DNA from: an uncultured virus (IMG/VR IMGVR_UViG_3300047409_000475)
Lineage: Duplodnaviria > Heunggongvirae > Uroviricota > Caudoviricetes
Length of the DNA: 22,681 nt
IMG/VR virus record: IMGVR_UViG_3300047409_000475
Direction: 5' to 3' (one strand)
Of this stretch, positions 1-7,463 are shown one piece after another. The notes below the pieces were generated by a model that was given only the letters and a program-made list of their open reading frames with translations, was not told where the DNA came from and made no database searches. Every line of letters starts with the position of its first letter. Position 1 is the first letter of the stretch. Made by a program: the position numbers and the translations under genes.

Positions 1-2
1 TC

Positions 3-2190
3 TCGGCAGCCACCATCCTCGGCAACAACGGTGCAGCCGCTGCCTCGCCGAAGGCGCTGACCGTGTCTGAAGTGAAGGCGATGCTCGGTGTCACGGCGGG
101 CACTGTGCTGGCACCTATCGCCACCTCGGGCAGTGCCGCCGATCTGACCGCAGGCGTCATCGCTGCGGCGCGCTTCGGTGTAGCCACGATAGGGCTGACC
201 AAGCTACAGGCGATTGGTGCCGACACCATCCTCGGCAACACGACTGGAGCGAGCGCCTCACCGGTCGCCCTCACGGTGGCTGAGGTGCGGACGATGCTCA
301 ACCTCGGCGGTTCGACTGGCACTTTGGCCACCATCGCCACCTCTGGCAGCGCCGCCGATCTGATCGCAGGCGTCGTTCCCGCCGCCCGCCTCGGCGCTGG
401 CACGATAGCGCTGAGCAAGCTGGTGGTGATCCCAACCCACACCATCATCGGCAATGACGGGGCAGCGGCTGCTGAACCGCAGGCGTTGACGGTGGCTGAG
501 GTCAAGACGATGCTCGGCATCGCGACGCTGGGCAGCAATCTGGCAGTCATCGCCACGTCAGGCAGCGCTGACGATCTGGTGGTAGGCACCATCCCCGCAG
601 GACGCTACGCGGCAGGCACCATCGCGCTCAGCAGGCTGTCGGTGATCGCGCCCAACATGCTGCTTGGCAACGCCGGGACCGCGAACGCTTCGCCTGCCGC
701 GCTGACCGTTGCACAGGTCAGGACGATGTTGAACCTCGGTGGCTCGACCGGGACACTGGCGGCCATCGCCACGTCAGGCAGCGCCAACGACCTGATTGCA
801 GGCTTCATCCCCGGCGCTCGCTTCGCTGACCACACGATCCTGCTCGCCAAGCTGGCGCTGATCCCGCCTGACACCATCGTCGGCAATACGTTGACGGTCA
901 ACGCAGTGCCGATCCCGCTGACGGTGGCTGAGGTGCGGACGATGCTCAACCTTGGTGGCTCGACCGGGCAACTGGCGGCTATCGCCACCTCGGGCAGCGC
1001 CACTGATCTGGTGACCGGCACCATCAATGTGCTGCGCATCGCCGACCGTTCGCTGACGGTCACCAAGCTGGCGGTGATGGCTGCCAACACCATCCTCGGC
1101 AACAACACCGGGGCCGCAGTGTCGCCTATCGCCCTCACCGTCGCTGAGGTGAAGGCGATGCTCGGGGTCACGGCTGGGACCACACTGGCTCCCATCGCCA
1201 CTTCCGGCAGTGCAGCGCACCTGACGACCGGCGTCATTCCGGCTGCGAGATATGGCGCGGCCACGATCCCGCTGACCGCGATGGTCGTCATCGCCCCAGC
1301 CACCATCCTCGGCAACAACACGGCGGCGAACGCCGCGCCTCTCGCGCTGACCGCTGCGGCAGCGAAGACCCTGCTCGGGCTGGCCGCCATCGCCTCGTCT
1401 GGCGACGCCTCGCACCTCATCGCGGGCCTCCTCCCGGCGGCGCGCTTCGCGGTCGCCTCGATTGGCTTCAACAAGCTGGTGGCGCTCCCCACGCTCACGC
1501 TGCTCGGCAACAACACGGCGGGGACCGCACCTGCACAACCCCTCACCGTGGCACAGGTGAAGGCGATGCTTGGGGTCACGGCGGGCACCACGCTGGCGAA
1601 GATCGCCACATCGGGCAGCGCCACTGACCTGATCACTGGCACGCTGCCGCTCGCCACCCTGCCGGTCAACTACATCCCGTTCGCGCGCATGCAATACATC
1701 GCGGCGGCGCGCGTCATGGGCAACGTCACCACGGTCACCGGGCCGTGCGAGACGGTGAGCCTGCCGCAACTGAGCGGCGCGATGGGCCTGAAGCAATTCG
1801 CCACCAGCACCGACTTGGTGCACGCGACCGGCACGCTGAGCGAAGCACGTATCGCCAACGGCTCACTGATACTGGCGAAGCTGGTCAACATCGAAGCCGA
1901 CCGCCTCATCGGCAACAACAACGCCAGCGGCGGTGCCGCTGCCGCGCCGAAGGTGCTCTCGTCGCCACAGGTGGCGGCCATGCTGAAGCTCGGTGCATGG
2001 GCTACCTCAACCGACCTTGTGCACGCGACCGGCACGCTCAGCGCCGCGCGCATCGCCACCGGCTCGCTGGTGCTGGCCAAGCTGGAGCCGATCCTCGCCG
2101 ACCGCATGGTGGGCAACTACAAGACGACGACCGCAGTCCCAGAGGTGCTGTCGAAGGGGCAGGTGATCGGCTGGCTCAACTGCGTGCTGA
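3..2190 (+). repeat. Intragenic tandem repeats, period about 195-216 bp
   Basis: ATCGCCAC(C/G/T/A)TC.GGCAG recurs at about 118, 334, 549, 765, 981, 1194 and 1602, with a diverged IASSGD copy at 1389. Two further diverged units (ATSTDLVHATGTLS) lie at about 1800 and 2000. Confidence 0.9.
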
Positions 2191-2915
2191 AGGACGCGAC
2201 GGTCATCACCGCCGTCAATTCCATGCAGACCAATTGGTTCTTGGCCCTCTCGACCGATCCGGGCGCGGGCGCAAGCCCTGCCTACGTCATCCGCCGCACC
2301 AGCGCGTCGCCCGCCGCCAGCGACACCCTCGGCTACATCTCGTTCCAAGGCAACAACTCGGCGCTGGCCAATGTCAGCTACGCCGAGATCATGGTGACCA
2401 TCAACTCACCAACCGCCGCCGCGCACAGTTCCAAGATGTATCTACGCACCTTCAACGCCGCCGCTGCGACCAACGTTATGACCCTCGGGCTTGGCGTGCA
2501 GGTTGGCAATCCAACTGGCGGCGACAAGGGTGGAGGCACGCTCAACGCACAGGTGGCGGTCTATGACAGCGGCGTAGTGCTCAACTGCATGCCGATGCAG
2601 AAAGAGTTCCTCGCGGGTGCCATCGGCGTCGATCTGGACAAGTGGGACAAGATCGCGGTCGCGGCCAACGGCAGGAAGCACGAGGCCGCCCACCATTTCG
2701 CCAAGCTGCTGAAGGAGGGCGTCGATCCGCGCGACCCGCTGAAGTTCATCGGCAAGATGAAGGAAATGCAAGCGCTTCCGGGCATGCCGACAGAGGCGGA
2801 CTGGCGGCACAACGAACTGAGTGTCGGCGAGATGGTCAACCGGATGTGGTTGGCCGTAGAGATGCTCGCCGTGGCTTGGATGACGCAAGTTGAAAAAAGG
2901 GAGACTGCGCAGTGA
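3..2915 (+). CDS. Tail fibre/adhesin-like protein with ~72-aa tandem repeats and C-terminal intramolecular-chaperone-like domain (5' truncated by window edge)
   Basis: Frame is open from position 3 (SAATILGNNGAAAASPKALTV...), so the true start lies upstream. About 10 Ala/Gly/Thr-rich repeats (IATSGSAxDL...TIxGN...ALTVAEVKxML). The C-terminus (ALPGMPTEADW...LSVGEMVNRMWLAVEMLAV) resembles the chaperone/coiled-coil tails of phage fibres. Confidence 0.8.
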   Translation, partial: SAATILGNNGAAAASPKALTVSEVKAMLGVTAGTVLAPIATSGSAADLTAGVIAAARFGVATIGLTKLQAIGADTILGNTTGASASPVALTVAEVRTMLNLGGSTGTLATIATSGSAADLIAGVVPAARLGAGTIALSKLVVIPTHTIIGNDGAAAAEPQALTVAEVKTMLGIATLGSNLAVIATSGSADDLVVGTIPAGRYAAGTIALSRLSVIAPNMLLGNAGTANASPAALTVAQVRTMLNLGGSTGTLAAIATSGSANDLIAGFIPGARFADHTILLAKLALIPPDTIVGNTLTVNAVPIPLTVAEVRTMLNLGGSTGQLAAIATSGSATDLVTGTINVLRIADRSLTVTKLAVMAANTILGNNTGAAVSPIALTVAEVKAMLGVTAGTTLAPIATSGSAAHLTTGVIPAARYGAATIPLTAMVVIAPATILGNNTAANAAPLALTAAAAKTLLGLAAIASSGDASHLIAGLLPAARFAVASIGFNKLVALPTLTLLGNNTAGTAPAQPLTVAQVKAMLGVTAGTTLAKIATSGSATDLITGTLPLATLPVNYIPFARMQYIAAARVMGNVTTVTGPCETVSLPQLSGAMGLKQFATSTDLVHATGTLSEARIANGSLILAKLVNIEADRLIGNNNASGGAAAAPKVLSSPQVAAMLKLGAWATSTDLVHATGTLSAARIATGSLVLAKLEPILADRMVGNYKTTTAVPEVLSKGQVIGWLNCVLKDATVITAVNSMQTNWFLALSTDPGAGASPAYVIRRTSASPAASDTLGYISFQGNNSALANVSYAEIMVTINSPTAAAHSSKMYLRTFNAAAATNVMTLGLGVQVGNPTGGDKGGGTLNAQVAVYDSGVVLNCMPMQKEFLAGAIGVDLDKWDKIAVAANGRKHEAAHHFAKLLKEGVDPRDPLKFIGKMKEMQALPGMPTEADWRHNELSVGEMVNRMWLAVEMLAVAWMTQVEKRETAQ

Positions 2916-3250
2916 AGAAAATCAGGATCAGGGTGCAGGACGGGCCGACCGGCAGCGAGCCGACATCGTCGATCACCGTGCTGCGGCTGGTGGCCAGCAA
3001 CAGCCCGCACAAGCCGCTGCCGGTGGATGAGATCAGGAAGCGCGTCCGCATCATCGATGCGCTCGACGGCGTGACGCCCGAGAACACCAACGGCTACTTC
3101 ATGCTGGAAGACGACGACCACAAGGCGCTGGTCACGGCCGTCAACGACTTCCCGTGGGCGACTGCCAGCCACACGTTGCTCACCATCATCGACGACGTGA
3201 TCGGTGCCGAGACGATGCCCAAATCGTCGATGAAGCTGGTCGAGCAATGA
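2912..3250 (+). CDS. Hypothetical protein, possible tail fibre assembly/chaperone
   Basis: GTGA overlap with the fibre stop; GGGAG upstream; 112 aa; position directly after the fibre. Confidence 0.65.
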   Translation: MKKIRIRVQDGPTGSEPTSSITVLRLVASNSPHKPLPVDEIRKRVRIIDALDGVTPENTNGYFMLEDDDHKALVTAVNDFPWATASHTLLTIIDDVIGAETMPKSSMKLVEQ

Positions 3251-3251
3251 G

Positions 3252-3479
3252 GTGGCCGACCGGATGCCATGCCTCATCCCCGGCTGCGACCGTGACACGC
3301 GCTCGCCCTATAACGGGCGCGTGGGGGCGATCTGCGGCCCGCACTGGTTTAGGCTCACGCTGAAGACGCGGCGCGCGTGGTGGAAGGCTACCGACTACGG
3401 CAAGCGTTCACCACCGCGCGAGCTCGTCGATGCGATTGTCGCTGAACTGAACGACGGTCAGAGCAGGAAGACTGGCTGA
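3252..3479 (+). CDS. Small Cys/His protein (CxxxxC...CxxHW), putative zinc-binding
   Basis: CLIPGC...ICGPHW motif common in small phage proteins; abuts both neighbours. Confidence 0.6.
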   Translation: MADRMPCLIPGCDRDTRSPYNGRVGAICGPHWFRLTLKTRRAWWKATDYGKRSPPRELVDAIVAELNDGQSRKTG

Positions 3480-3991
3480 TGATCCGCAAGGGCAAGCGCT
3501 ACAAGCCGGTGCTGCTCGGAGCTACTGCGCCGAAGGCACCCATGGCTCCGGGCATCAGCCAGCCGAGCACGCAGTATCTCTACAACGTGCAAGTGGACTA
3601 CATCGACCGCGACGGCGCTGACGCGCTGTGGAGCGGCTCGTTCTACGCCGCCAACATGCAGACGGCCGAGAACATGGGCCGCGACTTCGTGGTCAAATAC
3701 CTGCAGCCGCAGTCGATCATCGACGCGGCGACGGTGCCCGACGGCTTCACCACCACGGAGCCGACGCCGATCCTGATGGGCACGCTGGCAGCCAACGAGA
3801 ACCGTGACAGCATGCTGGCGACCGGCACGCTCGGGCCGCTGCCGATCTATGGCACGCTGGCCGCCGTCGAGGGGCCTGCCATCGACCTTGCCGCCATCAC
3901 CGGCAGCCTCGGCCCGCTGCCGATCATCGGCTCGCTGGACACGGTCGAGCCGGGGCCCGACAGCGCCGCCATCACCGGCACCCTCACTTAA
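3479..3991 (+). CDS. Hypothetical protein with three C-terminal ~24-aa repeats (G[TS]L...E..D.AA.TG.L)
   Basis: TGATG overlap with the previous gene; typical GC3 codon bias; repeats visible in the protein. Confidence 0.7.
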   Translation: MIRKGKRYKPVLLGATAPKAPMAPGISQPSTQYLYNVQVDYIDRDGADALWSGSFYAANMQTAENMGRDFVVKYLQPQSIIDAATVPDGFTTTEPTPILMGTLAANENRDSMLATGTLGPLPIYGTLAAVEGPAIDLAAITGSLGPLPIIGSLDTVEPGPDSAAITGTLT

Positions 3992-4002
3992 ATCCCAGAA
4001 AG

Positions 4003-4146
4003 CGGTAAGCGCGCGTCGGGCGGTCCATCCGCCCTACACCCCAACGGGGGCCGCCAGCGCGTGGCAGACCGTGGCGGCGGCGAAGCCAAGCTGGACGCGA
4101 GCAAGGCTTCGCCGCTATTATCCAGTCCCCTACGAAGGGCTTACGA
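4003..4146 (+). ncRNA. Candidate structured non-coding RNA (unknown class)
   Basis: Closing stem GTAAGC(4005-4010)/GCTTAC(4139-4144) encloses several hairpins and a possible pseudoknot; lies between a stop codon and a terminator. Confidence 0.4.
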
Positions 4147-4153
4147 CAAACCG

Positions 4154-4189
4154 AAAAAACCCCCCGGAATTTAATCCGGGGGGTTTTTT
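4154..4189. terminator. Bidirectional intrinsic terminator
   Basis: AAAAAACCCCCCGGA-ATTTAA-TCCGGGGGGTTTTTT perfect inverted repeat between convergent gene blocks. Confidence 0.9.
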
Positions 4190-4246
4190 GTTGTTTTCCC
4201 GACAAGGGAAAAAACTTCCCCGGCCCGCCGGGGAAGTTGGGGAAGT

Positions 4247-4498
4247 TCATTCGTCGATCCAGTTGCCGCCGCGCGGCCGGTAGTCGCGCTCGTCACCGTG
4301 CAGGCCGTGCAAGAGGGCGAGCCCTTCACCGCTCAGGGCGCGGGCGAGCTCCTCGTCACGTGCCTCCTCGGCCTCCCCGACTTGCCGCACGAGCTCGGCG
4401 ATCTCGTCAGGGGGGATGTTGGCGGCGTCGAGCAGCGCGGCGACCTTGCGCTGCAATCCGGTCGTCTTGGTCAGGTCCATGCCATCAACGTAGGTCAT
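4247..4498 (-). CDS. Hypothetical protein (83 aa)
   Basis: GGAG upstream of ATG; overlaps the stop of the upstream gene; last gene before the terminator. Confidence 0.7.
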   Translation of the reverse strand: MTYVDGMDLTKTTGLQRKVAALLDAANIPPDEIAELVRQVGEAEEARDEELARALSGEGLALLHGLHGDERDYRPRGGNWIDE

Positions 4499-4757
4499 GT
4501 GCGTGCTCCGCGTTCAGCTTGTTGGCGAGTGCTTCGGCTTCAACGACCGCCTTGGCAAAGGCGTTGCGGTTGCTGGAGCCCATGTTGCGACGCTCCCACG
4601 TATCGACGATCCGCACCACGCCTCGGGCGTGCGTGCCGATCATCTTCGGCGCTTCGCCTGCGGGAAGGTCCGTCTCGACGACGGCCACCCGGCCGTAGCG
4701 TCCCCAGCAGCGAGATGGCATCTTGGCGCTGGCAGTCATCACGATAAATCTGTTCAT
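4485..4757 (-). CDS. Hypothetical protein (90 aa, MNRFIVMTAS...)
   Basis: Start preceded by the junction variant GGAGAAATGACCATG. Confidence 0.8.
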   Translation of the reverse strand: MNRFIVMTASAKMPSRCWGRYGRVAVVETDLPAGEAPKMIGTHARGVVRIVDTWERRNMGSSNRNAFAKAVVEAEALANKLNAEHAHDLR

Positions 4758-4759
4758 GG

Positions 4760-4951
4760 TCATTTCTCCTTCCGATGTGTGAACTCCACGAGGCGAGCCG
4801 GGATCACGATGCTGCTGTTGCAGTCGTCGCAGCAGCGACCATCGTTGACCGGCCACGCGTTGTTGCCGTAGCCGCTGTATGGCTGCTGGCAGATCGAGCA
4901 GACCTTCGTCTCCTTGGTTGTCCCAAGGCCGTAGCGTCCAATCTCGGTCAT
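4760..4951 (-). CDS. Small zinc-finger phage protein (CxxC...GNNAWP...RCCDxCN)
   Basis: 63 aa; exact junction motif at start; Cys pattern seen in many small phage proteins. Confidence 0.8.
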   Translation of the reverse strand: MTEIGRYGLGTTKETKVCSICQQPYSGYGNNAWPVNDGRCCDDCNSSIVIPARLVEFTHRKEK

Positions 4952-4953
4952 GG

Positions 4954-5154
4954 TCATTCTCCCTTCCGGTGAACGGCGCTGATCTCGCTGGGGCGGACTA
5001 CGAAGGCGGCGGTGCCCTCGTAGCGCACGGTTGGCCAGTCGGTGGCCGAGAAGCCGTTGACGACGCGCGTCACCTTGCGGGTGGGCCAGCGACAAATCGC
5101 GCGGAACGTGATGCGGTCGCCGACCTTCCAGCCGTGCATGTTCTCAGTCTTCAT
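4954..5154 (-). CDS. Hypothetical protein, possible SH3/KOW-like beta barrel (66 aa)
   Basis: Exact junction motif at start; WKVGDRITF N-terminal pattern. Confidence 0.75.
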   Translation of the reverse strand: MKTENMHGWKVGDRITFRAICRWPTRKVTRVVNGFSATDWPTVRYEGTAAFVVRPSEISAVHRKGE

Positions 5155-5156
5155 GG

Positions 5157-5402
5157 TCATTCTCCTTCCGTCTTCACCGCGCGGTAGACCCGTCTGGTGT
5201 ATGTGTGGTGGGGCTGCTTGTAGATCGGGTGCTTGACCGTCTCCTCGTAGACCGCCACCAGCCCGCGCTTCACGAGGCTGTCGAGCAGCCGCACGGCGGT
5301 CGAGTGGTTCTTCCATACCCAAATCCCACCGGGGTAGCCGCCGTGGCGGCGGATCGCGTCGAGGATGCTCGCCTGCTCCGTTCCTAATTTGCGTGTGGTC
5401 AT
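5157..5402 (-). CDS. Hypothetical protein, possible winged-helix DNA-binding (81 aa)
   Basis: GGAGAACGACCATG at start; EQASILDAI...RLLDSLVKRGLV pattern is wHTH-like. Confidence 0.75.
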   Translation of the reverse strand: MTTRKLGTEQASILDAIRRHGGYPGGIWVWKNHSTAVRLLDSLVKRGLVAVYEETVKHPIYKQPHHTYTRRVYRAVKTEGE

Positions 5403-5422
5403 GGTCGTTCTCCTGTTGGGTT

Positions 5423-5734
5423 CAAGGGTGAGGGTCACTGCAACAGTGGTCGATGACGCCAGCAGCGGCTGGCTCCCACGCTACGCTCCCGCTTATTCCC
5501 ACCGTCGGGCATCGCCCGATACTCGCTTTTTCGCGGTCCTCTTGGGCCGGTATCTTGCGCCGTGACCCCTCACTCCTTGTCGGCTCGCTGGATGATCTCT
5601 CGCCAACCCTTCGGCGGTTCGCATTCCGCTGTCTCGGCAGTCAGTTGCGTCCCGTCTCACTCGGGCTGCTGCCTATGGCGTCCGACGAGAGATCGTCTAG
5701 AGAGCCTGTGGGCTGGCGGGGCTTTCGCCCCGCC
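5423..5734 (-). ncRNA. Candidate ~310-330-nt structured RNA or processing element inside the leftward early operon
   Basis: Two long-range stems (5423-5438/5562-5579 and 5582-5602/5686-5706), many internal hairpins and a GAAA-capped hairpin (5715-5734); no credible ORF. Strand assignment is uncertain. Confidence 0.5.
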
Positions 5735-5755
5735 TGTTGCCTCGGCTTCAGCACA

Positions 5756-6046
5756 TCAACCAACCTCCTCCGTGCGGGCGAGCGCCCGGCGGAATGCCGG
5801 GTCTACGTTCTCGTCTTCAAGCAGCATGCCGAGCGGCCCGGAGGCGGTAGTCATGCGGCGTGCTGCCTTGATGATCCGGTCAAGGACCGCAGTGTCGTGC
5901 TTGTTGGGTCCGCCGTTCTCGTCGGAGGTCGAGATGTTGGCCACCCACTCAAGGAAGTCGTCGCGCTCGCGGCCACGGCCGGTGGTGTATCTGACACCCG
6001 TGGGCATCGAGCCGCGAGCTCTGGCGATTGCTGCTGGTGTGTTCAT
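5756..6046 (-). CDS. Hypothetical protein (96 aa)
   Basis: AGGGGATGACCATG junction variant at start. Confidence 0.75.
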   Translation of the reverse strand: MNTPAAIARARGSMPTGVRYTTGRGRERDDFLEWVANISTSDENGGPNKHDTAVLDRIIKAARRMTTASGPLGMLLEDENVDPAFRRALARTEEVG

Positions 6047-6048
6047 GG

Positions 6049-6285
6049 TCATCCCCTTTCCTCGGTTGCTCTACGGATGCGGCCATCGTCGCCGACGTAG
6101 AGGGCTGTGCTGTGATGGCCGCCGGTCTTCACCCAGCGGTGCGCCTCGGCGGCGCTGACGTGGCGGACCTTGTCGTAGGTCCGGTGCAGGTAAGTCCGCT
6201 CGGTGACGTTGCGCGTCTCGTGCAGCGTCGAGGACGTGAAGAATGGGCTGTCCTTCGAGAGGTTCGATCCGATGTAGTAGCTCAT
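6049..6285 (-). CDS. Hypothetical protein (78 aa)
   Basis: Exact junction motif at start. Confidence 0.75.
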   Translation of the reverse strand: MSYYIGSNLSKDSPFFTSSTLHETRNVTERTYLHRTYDKVRHVSAAEAHRWVKTGGHHSTALYVGDDGRIRRATEERG

Positions 6286-6295
6286 GGTCATTCTC

Positions 6296-6865
6296 CTATG
6301 CCGGGGTGAGCAGGGGGTGGCGGGTGCGCTCGGCGTCAAGCTTGCCGATCACGTAGTGGATCGCGAGACGCTCTGCCTCGGTGGCGACGGGGTTGGAGCC
6401 GTAGAGCAACCCGAGCAGCACTGCCCTGTGGCGCTCGCGCTCCTCGTCCTTTACCCGCTTGCGCTCGGCGCGCTCGGCCTCGAACTTCGCCGCCGCTGCC
6501 TCACCAGCCGCCTTCGCGGCCTCGAAGCCTTCGGCAGTCCGCAACTGGCCGGTCCTGACCAGTTCGACGACCTTGGCGTAGTTGCTCGGGTCCATCCACG
6601 GCTTGCTGGCGCTGGCGAGGTAGACGGTGCGCAGGCGTGCGCCTTCCACCGTCTCGATGTGATAGTCCCGGCCCCAGCCATTCGGCATGCTCAGGTAGCC
6701 GACCAGCGCACCGTCGAGGCGAACCTCGATGAGGCTGCGCTCGCGCGCGGCGCTGGTGCTGTAGCGGTAGCTACGCGGCTTGATCTTGGTGAAGCGGACG
6801 TGATCCAGCGCATCGAGCTCGGCCGCGTTGCTGGTGTTGTAGACTGCCTTCAGTTCCTTCGTCAT
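6296..6865 (-). CDS. Hypothetical protein (189 aa), first gene of the leftward early operon
   Basis: Exact junction motif at start; follows promoter and hairpin leader. Confidence 0.8.
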   Translation of the reverse strand: MTKELKAVYNTSNAAELDALDHVRFTKIKPRSYRYSTSAARERSLIEVRLDGALVGYLSMPNGWGRDYHIETVEGARLRTVYLASASKPWMDPSNYAKVVELVRTGQLRTAEGFEAAKAAGEAAAAKFEAERAERKRVKDEERERHRAVLLGLLYGSNPVATEAERLAIHYVIGKLDAERTRHPLLTPA

Positions 6866-6980
6866 GGTCATTCTCCTATCTCAGGCGGGGGGACCAGACC
6901 CATCAACCGCGACCACCCACTCTCTGTCTTTGTCGAGGTGTTAAGTGGTGGTTCGGTGTTGTCTTGGTCTGGTCCCTCCT

Positions 6981-7020
6981 GCCCAATGCATATAAGTTGG
7001 CACACACGACGTTCAAGGGG
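6981..7020 (-). promoter_or_regulatory. Leftward sigma70-like promoter TTGAAC-N16-TATATG with TGCCAACTTATATG box
   Basis: 34/40 identical to the element at 8677-8716; lies upstream of the operon. Confidence 0.7.
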
Positions 7021-7392
7021 ATTACTCAAGCCCTTGTGCATGGCAGCTATGCGGCAGTGGAGGGTAAGTGGGGAGGGCGCACTCCTGCCCGGCGACCAAA
7101 CCGGAACAGGGGCCTTCCCTCCCCCCTGCCGGGGAGAATAGTCCGACAGGTAGTCCCGATGTAAGCCCGATCAGCGCGTAGAGCAAGCCGGAAGGCGGCA
7201 GTGCTCCATGGCTGGCCACCTTTCCTGCCACTCGCGGCGGGCCCGCTCGACGGCACTCTCTTCCCGGCGCGTGGCGTCGTCGTAGTAGAGGTAAGGACGG
7301 CCCGTCTGGCCACCTCGCGTGAGGTGTTCGATGCAGGGCGGCTGGGCGCAGGAGGCGGCGATAAGGATGACGGTGGGCATGTGCAAACTTTT

Positions 7393-7428
7393 CCCCTTGA
7401 ACATATAAGTTGGCATTCCATTTATAGC
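7393..7428 (+). promoter_or_regulatory. Rightward promoter (CCCCTTGAAC -35) with the 14-bp box inverted in the spacer
   Basis: Same CCCCTTGAAC as the other promoters, followed by CATATAAGTTGGCA (7402-7415) and an AT-rich -10 region; about 40 bp upstream of the DUF932 gene. Confidence 0.6.
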
Positions 7429-7463
7429 CTGTCGCTGGCTAAATGGCGACTAGGAGAAAGACC

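Noticed and set aside
605..2566. Long alternative-frame and antisense ORFs over the tail fibre (605-1669, 774-1823, 1745-2566)
   Set aside because: Shadow ORFs expected from high GC and repeats; low-complexity Arg/Ala/Ser translations, no RBS.
3..4250. Diversity-generating retroelement acting on the tail fibre
   Set aside because: No reverse transcriptase and no template/variable repeat pair differing at adenines seen in this window.
5413..5750. tRNA or group I intron in the structured gap
   Set aside because: No T-loop/anticodon cloverleaf or recognisable P7 core, and it does not interrupt a reading frame.
5453..6158. Plus-strand ORFs 5453-6100 and 5562-6158 covering the structured gap
   Set aside because: Antisense to the operon, overlap a real minus-strand gene, atypical composition, no RBS.
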